The notes under the pieces: model-generated
The model's input: the letters and a program-made list of their open reading frames with translations, nothing else
What the model was told of the DNA's origin: nothing
The model's database searches: none
Made by a program: the position numbers and the translations under genes
In this document: positions 38,171-52,107 of the stretch, in pieces
How positions within the stretch are numbered: position 1 is the first letter of the stretch
Layout: the number at the start of each line of letters is the position of its first letter
Source: Octopus vulgaris
Taxonomy: Eukaryota
Assembly: GCA_951406725.2 (NCBI GenBank)
Contig: OX597821.1
Location: 96,348,001 to 96,412,000, forward strand
Direction: 5' to 3'
Length of the DNA: 64,000 bases

Positions 38171-39774
38171 CCATAAAACAGGAACATGGAGGTTTACGTT
38201 GGTAGTTCAGTGAAAGTTCATATGAAATTATTGAAATCAAATAATTAAGATAGACATAACAATGATGATTGTCGTGAAAATACCTGTTTGGTTTTCTTCA
38301 TTTTTTTTATAGTACTGATTTCATCATTTTGTTGTCTATTCCCATTCTCAGGAGCGCAGAATTGTATTTAAACAAAAGCATATGACTTACCTAAAAGAGA
38401 AAGAGAAGAAAAAAAAACATTAAAACATTTAGTACAAATAAATTATTCAAAGTCATTGAATTATTTCTTTTTTTTTTTCAATTTAATGTTTTCCATTCAA
38501 ATGTTTAAAAATATAATGTCACCTTGGATAGGAAGTATGCCTATCGCAGAGGAAATTGAAGTTTCAGAGGAAATTGAAGCTAAAACTTCAGTCGTCAAGC
38601 TTACCGTATATTATACACGACGTTGTATTTTAATGGTAGTGAGGTCGAACATTAATATAAGTCGGTTTATAAGCGATGTGCTTGTGGCTAGTTGGCGGTC
38701 GTGCTCAGTTACTGACGATGACACCAACAAGGGTCGAAATGTATGTACATCAGTTCTCTCTATTTCTGCCGGCGAACATTTTGTAGACGTATTGTTTACA
38801 TTCGTTGTAACTCACAGTACTAAATCTGTAAATATGTCCTGTACTGCATTGCAACAATGAAACAAAACACTGTTTAAACATCAATAGTTTGCTGGTTAAT
38901 CTCGCTGTCAAGTAACTGTTCAAAATGCAAATTCGCTTATCCAGTTTATATTAGCCTCTAATATTTTTGCCTTTATAGCAAATATATTTGTAGAGAGTTA
39001 AATGTGTTAAACAACTACTGGCGGTGATTTCAACGAAAGTTGAAACAAATCCAAATAGAGACACGTAGTCAAAGACAATTTTTTTTAAAAGTCTGTTAAC
39101 ACAAAATTCTTTAACTTCAAGATTTCATTTCACAAAAAAAAATTAACTTGCCACATAAGCTTGATGTCTAGCCTATAACGAGCTACAGCACAGCAAAATA
39201 TAAAAATATGTGACCACTCTGTTCTTAGCAGAGACAAAGATTAACGCACAAAGGCAGATTCTACCATAATTCCATCTTATTTATTTATGATATGAATAAA
39301 TGAAAATAGTCACATTACCAACGCCTAATTTTTCTGTTATGTACCTCTAAGAGAGAACTTTTATTCATACATATAAACTCAGACACACATACATATGAAC
39401 ATACATACGTACACACACATACACACACACACACACATAAATGTACATGCATATATATATATATATATATATATACTTACATATATACATATGTATAGAT
39501 AATTATATGCATACATATATATGTATGTACACACACATAGACACACACGCACAAATGCATACACACAAAACGCACACATATGTATTTACATACATACATG
39601 TATATAAAGAATAAGTCCTGGGGTCGATTTGCTCGACTAAAGGTGGTGCTCCAGCATAGCTACAGTCACATGACTGAAACAAGTAAAAGAATAAAAGAAT
39701 ATTTGTATTTACCTACATATATATACATACATATTTACACACATACACACATATGCATTTATTTATTTATATAT

Positions 39775-40730
39775 ACAGGGTGTGATGAATAAATTGTCGC
39801 CATTTCATATTTTCAATACAAAATGGTAGCTCGGAAAACTCACTCTGATCGTTCTGATAAGAAACGAACTGCTTAATTTGTTGGAGAGATCCAGGTCGTG
39901 ATTAACAACGATCCTTCCAAGTCAATCAGGTCCATCGCGAAGGACAAGGAGTGTCTGAGTTTCTTATCAGGCAGGTAGTGCATGAAGACATTCAGTATTC
40001 GTTATACAAGATGAGAAAAGGCCAGTTTTTATCCCAAGGCATCAGGGACAAGAGGAAAGACCCCGCTACGAAGGTTTTGAACAAACTCAAGCATCCCCTC
40101 AAACCGAACATTCCTTTGTTTTTCTCAAACGAGAAAAATTTCTGCGAGGATCAGATGATAAACACACAGAACAACTTTTGGCTTGTCGTGTCCCCAAAAC
40201 AAATACCGAGAATAATAAAAATCGAACATTCAGTCAACATCATGGTGTTTGGAGTGATGACCAATGATGGCAAGTTATGCCTCCATTCATCTTCCCATAC
40301 GGCCTCAGACTCAACACAGCGCCTGGAGGAGGTAGTGCTGTCCTGGGTCAAGAGGATGGCTGCTGGAAGACCTTACGTCTAGCAACAGGACTCTGCACCA
40401 TGGCACACGAGCAGGAGGACCCAGTCATGGCTGTCAGATAATTTGTGCGACCACATCACTCTTATCATCTGGCCATCTAACTAATCAGACTGCAAGCCCC
40501 TTGAGTATTATGTGCGGGGCTCAGTTGAGCGAGAGATCTAGAAAGGTCCTTGTAACACCAAAGATGAACTGAAGGCAAGGATTATGTCAGAAATTCATCA
40601 ACTTAAACGAGGGGACCGTCCAAAGGAGTTGCAGTAATTTCCAAAGTCGTCTGGAAGCCGTAGTTGAAGCAAATGGCGAGTATATTGACTAAATTTAGTC
40701 TTTAGTATTTCAAGGTATTTTTATATAATT
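39775..40730 (+). mobile_element. Tc1/mariner DD37-type transposase pseudogene
   Basis: TA|CAGGGTG left end; FFSNEKNF, IMVFGVMTNDG, QQDSAPWHT, WPSN*SDCKPLEYYV; 37 residues between the second and third acidic positions. Confidence 0.85.
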
Positions 40731-41406
40731 CTGATATATATATATATATATACATAGACTGTTAAAATGAAATGTCAGTATCATTTTCATTTTTTAATTT
40801 AGACGTCAATATATTCACCGCACCATGTATACACACACACACATACCGAGAACAAACAGGAATACTTATTGCTATATAGATTTTATATCGCTTTGCTTTA
40901 TTTTCTTTCCTCCCAAGAGGTATTAGTTCCATCTGAGTACGCTGACATTGTGTGAAAAGAGACAAGAACAGGCAAAACTGCTGATTAAGGCTTTCATCCA
41001 GATGGTAATGTATATCGACAAGTCAATCGGCAAGTTGTGTATTAATAAATACATTCACTCATACACGTACACGAAACACACACACACAATCAGTCAATCA
41101 CCCACTCACACACACTTTGCGTACTCATACACACATGCACATACATTCGCACACGTGTTGCGCGCACAAACGCTCGTACACGTGCCTATATAATTAAAAA
41201 GCAATCACACAAGCATGTACAAAAGAGACATATTCACGCGTTATATGAATACAAAATTATCTTAACAAAAGAAAAAGAAAAAATCTATGTACAAAAATAA
41301 ACTCACACTTAAATATATACATTCTCGAATCTATTTTGACTTACAAAAGATTTTTCAATTTCCTAATGACCGGCTACGAATAAGAAGTTAAATAAACCCC
41401 ATGGTA

Positions 41407-41472
<66 letters not shown>

Positions 41473-41501
41473 TTGTGTGTGTGTGTATGTATATATGTAT
41501 G

Positions 41502-41538
<37 letters not shown>

Positions 41539-41649
41539 GTGCTCACACATACACACACACACCAGCACGCACTCAGAATTTGCGACCAAATTTAGTCACT
41601 TCAGTAAGTAGCTATTGAACCGGAAGCTTACGCCATTACTTGATGAATG

Positions 41650-42350
41650 GATCAATACTTAACAGTTTACCAAGCACAAAACTCTTTCTTGTTCACCCCC
41701 TCCTTTTCACTCAACACAACCAGCACAAACAGTCTTTGTCTCTGCGGCACAATGGGGGATATTGCTATTGGTACTCCTTCAGTTATCTGCTGTCAAATTT
41801 TTACTTCTAAGTGTTTTTTTGTCGGTCTACGAAAAATGACACTCAAATAGCAAGTTCTGCCACGTGTCTAGCAACAGTTCATACTGCCTTGCATTACCAG
41901 TTCGATTGTCCTACTTTATTTCTGATGCCTTATGGAATATAGAGCTCCTGGATAGTGTGGTGGTCTTTGGAACTTATTAGGACCTATACGTTATGCAGTC
42001 TCCAACCGACTGCATTTTGTTACGAACCACCTCCATGCTCATCCCATATCTGTACTTTTGCTAAGGTGGCAAAATGTCAAGTATCAATGCTTGTGAAAAT
42101 ATTTCTACTTGTGATCCAGAATCTACTTACTCTTGAGACTTGCTCTGCATTACCAGTCCCATAACGGCTATGTCGCTCTAGTTGTACTATCTCTTCACAT
42201 GATCCTGGTTCTTCAGGAAGAACCACCCGCTTCTCTAAACATTGCTCGGTTGAGTGAGCACATGTTGGATCCCACTTTTGCCAGGGCTCTATCTAACCTT
42301 TCTTTTGAGAGAATGTGGATTCTTTTTCTTTCGTTTTAAAACTACAGAAT
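41650..42350 (-). mobile_element. Possible RTE-type LINE 3' relic
   Basis: Minus-strand IELVMQGSM..TRGR resembles the RTE C-terminal QG..G.R.RGR; heavily decayed. Confidence 0.3.
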
Positions 42351-42621
42351 TTACTGATATTGTAACTTCATAAGAGATACTCTGAGAAACCGCACGACTG
42401 AAACCTAATAACGCATACATAAAATTACAAAATCAGTCAGCCCCCATCACTGAATACACCTCAATTCTAGAAATACATAAAAACAACATCATACTTATAT
42501 CCACCCCGTAGTCACAAAGAAGTAACTATTATATAATTGTCACAAAATTAATCTTTAAAAATTGTCTTCTCACAATTTTTGGACAAATTTATCGCGCAGG
42601 AAACCATTGTTCTTTTCCACA

Positions 42622-42794
42622 TAGGCGCAGGAGTGGCTGTGTGGTAAGTAGCTTGCTAGCCTACCACATGGTTCCGGGTTCAGTCCCACTGCGTGGCATC
42701 TTGGGCAAGTGTCTTCTGCTATAGCCCCGGGCCGACCAATGCCTTGTGGGTGGATTTGGTAGACGGAAACTGAAAGAAGCCTGTCGTATATATG

Positions 42795-42827
<33 letters not shown>

Positions 42828-43037
42828 GTTTGTGTGTCTGTGTTTGTCCCCCTAGCATTGCTTGACAACCGATGCTGGTGTGTTTACGTCCCCGTCACTT
42901 AGCGGTTCGGCAAAGAGACCGATAAAATAAGTACTGGGCTTACAAAGAATAAGTCCTGGGGTCGATTTGCTCGACTAAAGACGGTGCTCCAGCATGGCCG
43001 CAGTCAAATGACCGAAACAAGTAAATGAGTAAAAGAG
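42622..43037 (+). mobile_element. SINE family A, full length
   Basis: Near identical to 5319-5712. Confidence 0.9.
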
Positions 43038-43939
43038 TAATACCTCCTTCATTCTCTTTCAAATTCTTTAAATGGTTCGAATCTCTTTACTCCCTTTTAT
43101 CAACAATTCTTGCTATAGATAGAATATTTATTGCTGATGTTGGTGCTTTCGTCACTGATCGTGATGTTTATTCTTTGTTCCTATTCAAATTAATAGTTTC
43201 AACATTATTGTGTGTATGTGTGTGCGGGCGTGCGTATGAGTATGTGTGAGTGAATTCTAATTTGCAAACGCAAGTGTCTAAGCATGAGACTCTGCCTGTT
43301 TGGTAATTACATATTTTAAAAATTTCCTTTCATGCTTGGAAATAATTTCAGTGTGCAATATCTTTTTCTTTCTTGTTTGTTTTCTTGTTTTCGCGTTATT
43401 GTAACTAATGTTACCACGACTATAGTTAGCAACACATATTGGTTGCTAAATATTACATATTGACTATGGTAGAAATATGTATTGCTTAAATAATGTTCAG
43501 ATGTAACTTTTATTCCAACTCTGGATAAAATAGTGCGACCTAAGTTAAAATGTATCAAATATTCGTTCAGGGATCTTTGTTAGAATTACTTTTCCACTGG
43601 AGCTCTGACATTGAAGTCTGTTTACTTGAACATCGAAAACAGCAACGCTTCCTTCCCTTCTCTTGCAACTCTCCTTCTCCCCTTTCCCTTCCTCCATCCC
43701 TTCTCCTTCTTCTTCTTCTTCTTCTTCTTCTTCTTCTTCTATGTTTTTCTCCAGAAAACATACGAGGATTTCATTGGTCTTCCTTTTCTTTTTAAATAAA
43801 CCTTTTAACTCTTTGAGTTCGACATCGCTTCGGTGGGTTGAGTCTACTCGGCCAAGCGATAGGCATGACTATCATCACATCACATTGCCAACCACTTGCG
43901 GCCTCTACATGCTTATGGGCTTGTTTGTTAAAAATAGCG

Positions 43940-43959
43940 ATATCATTATCGTTATCTTT

Positions 43960-44012
<53 letters not shown>

Positions 44013-44260
44013 TATCATCATCGTCGTCGTCATCAACGTATCCATCCCCAACACAATAATCGTTATTATCAGCAGAAATAGCACCACAATAGCAACAGCA
44101 GCAGCTTTATATTTGTCGTCGTCATCAATACAATCATCATCATAATTATCATCATTATCACAACCAGAAATACAACAAGCATATCTGTCATCCTCCTCCT
44201 CCTCCTCCTCCTCCTCCTCCTCATCATCATCATCATCATCATCATCATCAATATGATTAT
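43940..44260. repeat. (ATC)n/(CCT)n trinucleotide microsatellites
   Basis: Direct reading. Confidence 0.95.
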
Positions 44261-44275
44261 TATCTTCATCACGAG

Positions 44276-44560
44276 TGAAGACGCGTGGTTTAATGGATAG
44301 TCGGCTCGCGATCGTAAGGTCGTGAGTTCGATTCCCGGCAGTACGTGTGTCATTGAGCAAGAGATTTTATTTCATGTTGCTCCAGTTCAACTGGCTAAAA
44401 TTCAAAGGGCCGCTCTCGTAACATTCCGTGTTGCGCTGAATCTCTCCGAGAACTACGTTAAGAATAAACAAACGCGTCTGTGGAATGCTCAACCACTTGC
44501 ACATTAGTTTCACGAGCAGGATAAATTGGAGCACTCGGCGTCGTAAGCAACGGATGGCCT
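44276..44560 (+). mobile_element. SINE with D-type head and C-type tail
   Basis: GAGTTCGATTCCC B box, ATTTTATTTCATGTTGCTCCAGTTCA, then GCTGAATCTCTCCGAGAACTACGTTAAG. Confidence 0.75.
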
Positions 44561-44565
44561 AATCT

Positions 44566-44975
44566 ACATCACGACGACGACCACCACCACCATCACCACC
44601 ACAAGCATCACCACCACCACTACCACCACCACCACCACCATCACCACCATCACAACCAGAAACACCACTACCACCACCACTACCACCACCACCACAACCA
44701 CCACCACCATCACCACCACCACAACCACAAACACCACCACCACAACCACAAACACCACCACCACCACCACCACCGCAACCACCACCACCATCACCACCAC
44801 CACAACCACCACCACCACCACCACTACAACAACCACCACCACCACCATCACAACCACAAACACCACGACGACGACGACGACGACCACCACCACCACCACC
44901 ACCACCACCACTACCACCACCACCACAACCACCACCACCATCACCACCACCACAACCACAACCACCTCCACCATG
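44566..44975. repeat. (CAC)n microsatellite, about 400 bp
   Basis: Direct reading. Confidence 0.95.
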
Positions 44976-45515
44976 TCAATCATTACCAACGGTAGCGGCA
45001 TCTCCACAGCTATCCTTATATCGTCTTGTTTTCTGTTATCACCCCAATTAAACCTTACGCCAATATTATTAATTAAGAATTCTTTGATCAACGCTCGATT
45101 CTATATCACATTCTCTTTTTTATTTCAACACAATCCAAGGGACACACCCAGCTGAGCACAGGCACGCTGCTGATACAGAAGTAAGTGGAGAAACTGGGAA
45201 TCCAAACAGGGATACCTCAACAGACGAACATTTTTACGGGTCTACACAAATACTCAAGTACATACATATATGTATGTATACCTATATACATAATACGTAC
45301 ATACACAAATGAACATGCATGCATATAAAGCTGAGCGAATGCTTACATGTGTGTGTGAATGTGTGTGAGTTTTTGCATGTGTGCGTGTGCGTATGTGTGT
45401 GTGTTTGTGAGGAGCGTGGGATCTATCGTAGCCCAAAATACGCCCACTAGACATTGTCCATATGTGCCTATACAATTCTGCTCCTCACTTTGTTTCTCCC
45501 CCATATGTGTGTGTA

Positions 45516-45598
<83 letters not shown>

Positions 45599-45798
45599 AT
45601 TGATATAGGATAACATTTTTTTCGGGAAAAGAATTTTATCAATGGCCAGCATATCAAAAAATGCCTTTGGAGGTAAAATTTATACATAATTTACAAGAGG
45701 GGAAAATTTCTTGTAAACTAACCCCGAAATTGGACCAATACGGTACTAACGAATTTTTTAGAGATTTCTATCGGTTTGTTTCGAGACGCATAAATTTA

Positions 45799-45870
<72 letters not shown>

Positions 45871-45873
<3 letters not shown>

Positions 45874-46070
45874 AGAGTTTACGAAAAAAACAAATGACGA
45901 AGACAGGTGATGTACAAAACAAACAGATGTATTAGTATAACGCTCATGAAAAGAAAAATTATTTTACGTTTCGAGCCTACGCTCTTCTACAGAAAGGGAC
46001 ATAGAAAAAGCAAAGAGAGAAACAAGGAGAGAAAAATATGTGTGTAGTGGCTAACGATCTATCATGGCGA
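45871..46070 (-). mobile_element. Solo PLE pseudo-LTR (same family as 2398-2585) between (TA)n tracts
   Basis: Aligns with 2400-2583 (GAAGACAGGTG, TGTATTA, GCTCTTC.ACAGAAAGG, CGATC.A.CATGG). Confidence 0.8.
45962..45995 (-). ncRNA. Minimal hammerhead-like motif (U6 variant)
   Basis: Minus strand UUU CUGUAGA A GAGC GUAG GCUC GAAAC GUA AAA. Confidence 0.6.
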
Positions 46071-46101
46071 TATATATATATAATATACATGGCCGCACAT
46101 A

Positions 46102-46216
<115 letters not shown>

Positions 46217-46752
46217 TATGTTATAATAAAAACAATTTTGCATTTAACTGAAGGATTACCCAACGCTTTCGACAGAGAAGAAATTTATTATTCTTCAACA
46301 AGAATAGTATTGAGAGTAACTTCCAAGTTTCGGTCAGTCCCACCTACGTACATACACACACAAACACACACACACACTCACTTATACACGCACACACACA
46401 CACACACACACACATACAGATAATATACAATGTAACAAGATTGAATTTGCAAACATGCAAATAATTCTACTTACCCAATAACTATACAGACAAGAAAAAA
46501 ACCCAACAACAACAAACAATATACATATATATATATACATAAATTATTAGAGAGTTACCACTATGTGGATAGCTCTAGTGCTAAAAATAGCTCCGTTAGT
46601 ATAGCCACAGAAAAGATGTTTCCAAGTAGAAATAACATTACATTTAACGGAAGGAAAGTGAAACATAACGAAGAAATAGATTGACTCTGAACAATTGTTT
46701 CATTGCTAAATTAATGGTATTATTAAATTAATATCAATTTTTCACCCTCATT

Positions 46753-46817
<65 letters not shown>

Positions 46818-47716
46818 GTATATGCAAGTATAAAGAAAAATGGCGATTGTATGGATCCACAGATAAAGAAATACATATGTAGACGTGTATAGACATGCAG
46901 AAAATATCTAATCTCTATATTCATGTATGTAGGTCTGTGTATGAGAGTGAGGCTGACCAAGAGAGAAAGAGATGTATCTGTACATGTGTACATATAAGTG
47001 TGTATAGAGATACGTGTGTGCGTGTACACATGTGTGTGTGTAAATATATATTATACATATACATACATGCATACATACATACATACATACACACACACAC
47101 AGACACATACATGTATATACCTATACAAGTGATACCGACACTCGCCTAGCACACAGTCATTCGCACGTCTTTAAAATAACAAATTCAGTTATGATATCGG
47201 ATTTTATATATGCTGAGTAGGTTGCATATAATAAATTTGTATGTACGTTTCATGCAGATGTTATAGTGAACCGTGATAGATCACATCTATGATGAAAGGC
47301 ATCCCAAGCTTGACCACCTCTTTTGTTTGGTGGGGAGGCTATCTGCAAGGTAGACTGCTAAATTGATTAATAAATTGGTGTTTATACATAAAGTTTCTCG
47401 AATTATCAACATATAGACTTTTATAAGTATCAAATACAATATTTTAATGTGAATAAATGTATTTTGTTAAGACTAGTTGATAATTGACTGCTCTTTCTAG
47501 TAGATTATTTATACAGCATTTAAGCTTAATATTTCCTAGATCCATAACATCTAGAAGAAATTGGAAATATTGAAAAGGAAAAATGAAAAACATACGAATA
47601 CTTACATATACGAACGTATACCTACATATATATGCACGTATGCATCATGACCAGTTCAAAATGTTGTATTTATATATATATATATATATAGGTATTTATG
47701 TTTCTCTTCTGTGTGT

Positions 47717-47774
47717 ATTCTACTGACGAGGCAAAGCATTCATAAATGCAAAGTCAGAAATCCGGATCTAGAAT
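47717..47774 (+). ncRNA. Minimal type I hammerhead, canonical core
   Basis: AUUCUA CUGACGA GGC aaa GCAUU caua AAUGC aaa GUC a GAAAU CCGG AUC UAGAAU; palindromic AUCCGGAU helix III. Confidence 0.75.
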
Positions 47775-47959
47775 TATCCAGTAATTTTGTACTAGTTTCA
47801 TCTTGTCTCTTTATTTTCTCTCCGTGTTGATATATGGACAATTAAGGTGGTATTAGAGTCAGATCATGGCTGCTATTTTCAGCATGGTGGTATCTCGTAG
47901 ATACCCTAATTTATAGATATATATATATATAGACTTAATTTTGTAGTACTTAATTTTGT

Positions 47960-48295
47960 CTGTAAGCCTGGTCCTTATGCTTTCAGTATGTTTTACACAG
48001 TTACGAGGAAGAAAGCAAACCACCACGGGTTGCCAAGCTGTGGGGGGAAACAAACACAGCTACATACACACACGCGCGCGCACAGACATACAGACATGCA
48101 CACACACAAACACGCACGTACACATACACGTATGCACAATGGGCTTCTTTCAGTTTGCATCTATTAAATCCACTCACAAGGTTATTTGTCGGCCCAGGGA
48201 CATAGTAGAAGGCACTTGCTCAAAGAACCGCACTATGGAACTGAACCCGAGACCACCTAGTTGCAAAGCGAGCTTCTTGAAGACACACCCATGCT
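47960..48295 (-). mobile_element. SINE family A, diverged
   Basis: GGGCTTCTTTCAGTTT..AAATCCACTCACAAGG. Confidence 0.7.
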
Positions 48296-48438
48296 GGGAT
48301 AAGCATATCTTGACAAATTCCCACGGACAGCCTTCGAGTATTTCTATGAAAAAAGGTTTTCAACCTAATTTTAACATATCATTAAATGCACTTGGAGGAT
48401 TCAGTTCCCAAAAGTCACACACACAAACACGTCTTATT

Positions 48439-48531
<93 letters not shown>

Positions 48532-48534
48532 ATA

Positions 48535-48606
<72 letters not shown>

Positions 48607-48700
48607 ATCCAAACAAGGAAGCACAAAAATACACAACAACGCGAGGACGTGGAAGAAATATAGTATTATTGGACGCTCAGGAAAGAAGGAATGAAGGAGG

Positions 48701-48735
48701 GTTTAACGTTTCGAGCGGAGCTCTTCGTCGGAAAC
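48701..48735 (-). ncRNA. Minimal hammerhead (C4 variant, loopless helix III)
   Basis: Minus strand GUUU CCGACGA A GAGC UCC GCUC GAAAC GUU AAAC, inside a pseudo-LTR-like unit 48600-48790. Confidence 0.7.
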
Positions 48736-48799
48736 ATAGGAGAAGGAAAGATCCAGAGAAGGGAAGACAGAGGGGGAAAAAAAGAAGAAAAAAAAAAAT

Positions 48800-49020
48800 A
48801 TATCCCCGAAGAATCTGCGAGACCTGCATGTCTTTATGTAGGTGTTTTCAAAACGAAACTGGATCTCTTACCGTCAAATGTCCCAGATGAACCAACTTCA
48901 CGGAAGTAGGTGTGAATTTCTAAAAAGAAGTGAAGTAAAATTATATATCAACACCAAATGGCGGTGCTCCAGCATGGCCACAGCTGATGAGCTGAAACTA
49001 AATCAAATCAAATCAAATCA
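48800..49020 (+). mobile_element. CR1/L2-group LINE 3' end fragment
   Basis: Matches 50705-50970 and 29240-29465 (TCCCAGATGAACCAA, GGCGGTGCTCCAGCATGGCCACA). Confidence 0.8.
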
Positions 49021-49033
49021 TTCATATATATGG

Positions 49034-49368
49034 TGGTGACCCCCTTCGGTCAGACATTGACCATGGGTTTGCACCTAGAGAGTTACCCTCTGAGGCACAA
49101 GTCTGGGCAAGGTTGTTTTTATGGAAGACCAGCAGTCGCCAATGCATACCGGCCTCCCCTCTCCACGTTACCGATGTTGTCCAAGGGAAAGGCAACGGCC
49201 GATACAGCTTGGCACCTGTGACGTCGCAACTCATTTCTACAGCTGAGTAAACTGGAGCAACGTGAAATAAAGTGTCTTGTTCAAGAACACAACACGCAGC
49301 CCGGTCCGGGATTCGAGCTCACAACCTCACGATCGTAAGCTCGACGCTCTAACCACTGAGCCACGCGC

Positions 49369-49371
<3 letters not shown>
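49034..49371 (-). mobile_element. SINE family D, full length
   Basis: tRNA-like head on minus strand (GGCTCAGTGGTTAGAGCG..GAGCTCGAATCCC); matches 23478-23814. Confidence 0.85.
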
Positions 49372-49450
<79 letters not shown>

Positions 49451-49454
49451 TTTA

Positions 49455-49835
49455 TTTTTAGTCTTTTACATGCTGGGACACCTTTAGACGAACAAATTGA
49501 CCCCAGGACTTATTCTTTGTAAGCCTAGTACTTATTCTATCGCTCTCTATTGCCGAACTGCTATGTTACAAGACGTAAACATACCAACATCGGTGTTGTC
49601 AAGCGATGGTGGGGGATAATCACAGACTCAAAAATGCATACATGCATACATAGATACATACATATATATATATACATACGACGGGATTCTTTCAGTTTCC
49701 GTATACCAAATCCACCCAGAAGGCTTTCGTCAGCCCGACGCTATAGTAGAAGAAGAAGACACTTGCCCAAGATGCCATGTAGTAGGACTGAACCTGGGCC
49801 CATGTGGCTGGGAAGCAAGCTTCTTACCACACAGC
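49455..49835 (-). mobile_element. SINE family A
   Basis: Reverse complement of family A with small deletions. Confidence 0.8.
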
Positions 49836-49986
49836 TATATATGTTTATATAGCTATGTACAATCATATTTATCTTGTTCGAATAGTTTGCACTACTTGTC
49901 ACGAGAAATTCTCACTGAAATTCTCCATATAAACAGTATGGGTATAAAGATTCAAAAACGTTAGATTTAATACACACACAATGTTA

Positions 49987-50072
<86 letters not shown>

Positions 50073-50073
50073 T

Positions 50074-50195
50074 GGTTGTATAATGTCAACATAACGTGAC
50101 AATCCCGTAAAGGGAATTACACCACCGCTATTTATCCCTAGCGGAGTTGTAATTCCCTTTACGGGATTGTCACGTTATGTTGACATTATACAACC
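50074..50195. repeat. Palindrome, 57-bp arms, 8-bp spacer
   Basis: GGTTGTATAATGTCAACATAACGTGACAATCCCGTAAAGGGAATTACA and its reverse complement. Confidence 0.95.
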
Positions 50196-50251
50196 CCTCT
50201 ATCGCTCCACCACCGCTCATGTCTCTTTGAGACATTTAGAAATTCAATATC

Positions 50252-50283
<32 letters not shown>

Positions 50284-50324
50284 ATGTATGTATGTATGTA
50301 TGTATGTATGTATGTATCAATAGC

Positions 50325-50970
50325 TTAGTGCTATCAGCAAAACAAAATGCAATACCAATTAAATACATTGGACACGGAGGGATTGCAATACCAGAGACAC
50401 AGTCAGTGCAAAAACTGGGCATTTACATGAGTAATGATGCATCCTTCCATGTGCATGCTGCTATGTTGGCAATGAAATGCAGGCAGCTGACCGGATGGAT
50501 TCTTAGAAGTTTTAGAACAAGAGATCGAGAAACCACGATAGTCATCCGGAGGACATTTGTAGTGAGCCACTTTGATTATTGCTTCCAGCTATGGTCACCA
50601 ACGAGTTCCAAATTAATTACAGAACTTGAGACAATCCAACGAAGCTGCACGAAAAGATAGCCTCTATGCAGCATATAAGCTACTGGGTACCACAGCTCTT
50701 TAATATCCTCCCGAAGGATCTGAGAGACCTGCATGGGGTGGATGTAGGTGTTTTTAAAAGAAAACTGGATATCTTACTGTCAAGTGTCCCAGATGAACCA
50801 ACTTCACAGTAGGAGGTGCATATGAGGGCAGCGGCATCAAACTCCCTCATGCACCAAATGTCAATATTTAAAATGAATTAGTGAAGTAAAATTATGTATC
50901 AACACCAAATGGCGGTGCCCCAGCATGGCCACAGTTCATGAGCTGAAACTAGATCAAATAAAATCAAATA
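50325..50970 (+). mobile_element. CR1/L2-group LINE 3' fragment with internal deletion
   Basis: VQKLGIYMSND..GWILRSFRTRD..SHFDYCFQLWSP..LETIQR; homologous to 28700-29465. Confidence 0.85.
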
Positions 50971-51087
50971 ATTTCTCTCTCTGTCTCTCTCTGTCTCTCT
51001 CTGTGTCTGTCTGTCTGTCTCTCCCTGTCTGTCTCTCTCTGTGTCTGTCTCTCTCTCTCTCTGTCTGTCTCTGTCTCTCTGTATCTG

Positions 51088-51159
<72 letters not shown>

Positions 51160-51486
51160 GATATATATATATATATATAAGCATTTGTTTTGATAAGTAG
51201 TATCACCTTGCTCTAGGCAGGCGGCAGAACAGAGAATATATCGTTTGATCAAATTGATGTTATTAAAAACGTAAACATGATAAACCATATCGGGCATTAA
51301 CGCCTCTTTGACCAGCCTCAGTGAAGGCACCTTTACGTTCTATAAATAATTCCATATGTTCCATATATAAAGCAATATTATTTTATTGACAGCTGCACTA
51401 GTCTTTGCACTTAAGGTGAATGAAACAAGAGCAAAAACACGAAAAGCCAAAGTGAAAGTAAAAACAAAAAGCAGTATCGTAAACAA

Positions 51487-51507
51487 ATAATAATAATGAT
51501 AATAATG

Positions 51508-51586
<79 letters not shown>

Positions 51587-51621
51587 GTGTCACTTTGATG
51601 GCATGAACTGCTCTCTCACTC

Positions 51622-51702
<81 letters not shown>
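51487..51702. repeat. (AAT)n microsatellite interrupted by a 35-bp island
   Basis: Direct reading. Confidence 0.95.
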
Positions 51703-51703
<1 letters not shown>

Positions 51704-51914
51704 TGAATAATATATATGATAATAACTATTTATTATAATATATGTAAAAAATATGGAAATGTAAAAAAATTAATAATGATGATGATGGTGATGATGAAGC
51801 AATGTTGTTTTGTATTTTCTAACCTTATTCGCAATAATATTCACACACAGCGAGATGTGTGTGCATAATATACATACACCTGATATATATCCGCAATATT
51901 GTATATATATATAA

Positions 51915-51990
<76 letters not shown>

Positions 51991-52048
51991 GTGTGTGTAT
52001 ATATGTATATATATATATATATATATTTATATATCTATTTATATATAG

Positions 52049-52107
<59 letters not shown>

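Noticed and set aside
48984-49004. CTGATGAGCTGAAAC, a perfect-looking hammerhead core
   Set aside because: It is the LINE 3' tail stem-loop (other copies read CAGTTCATGAGCTG or CAGCTCGTGAGCTG); no helix II
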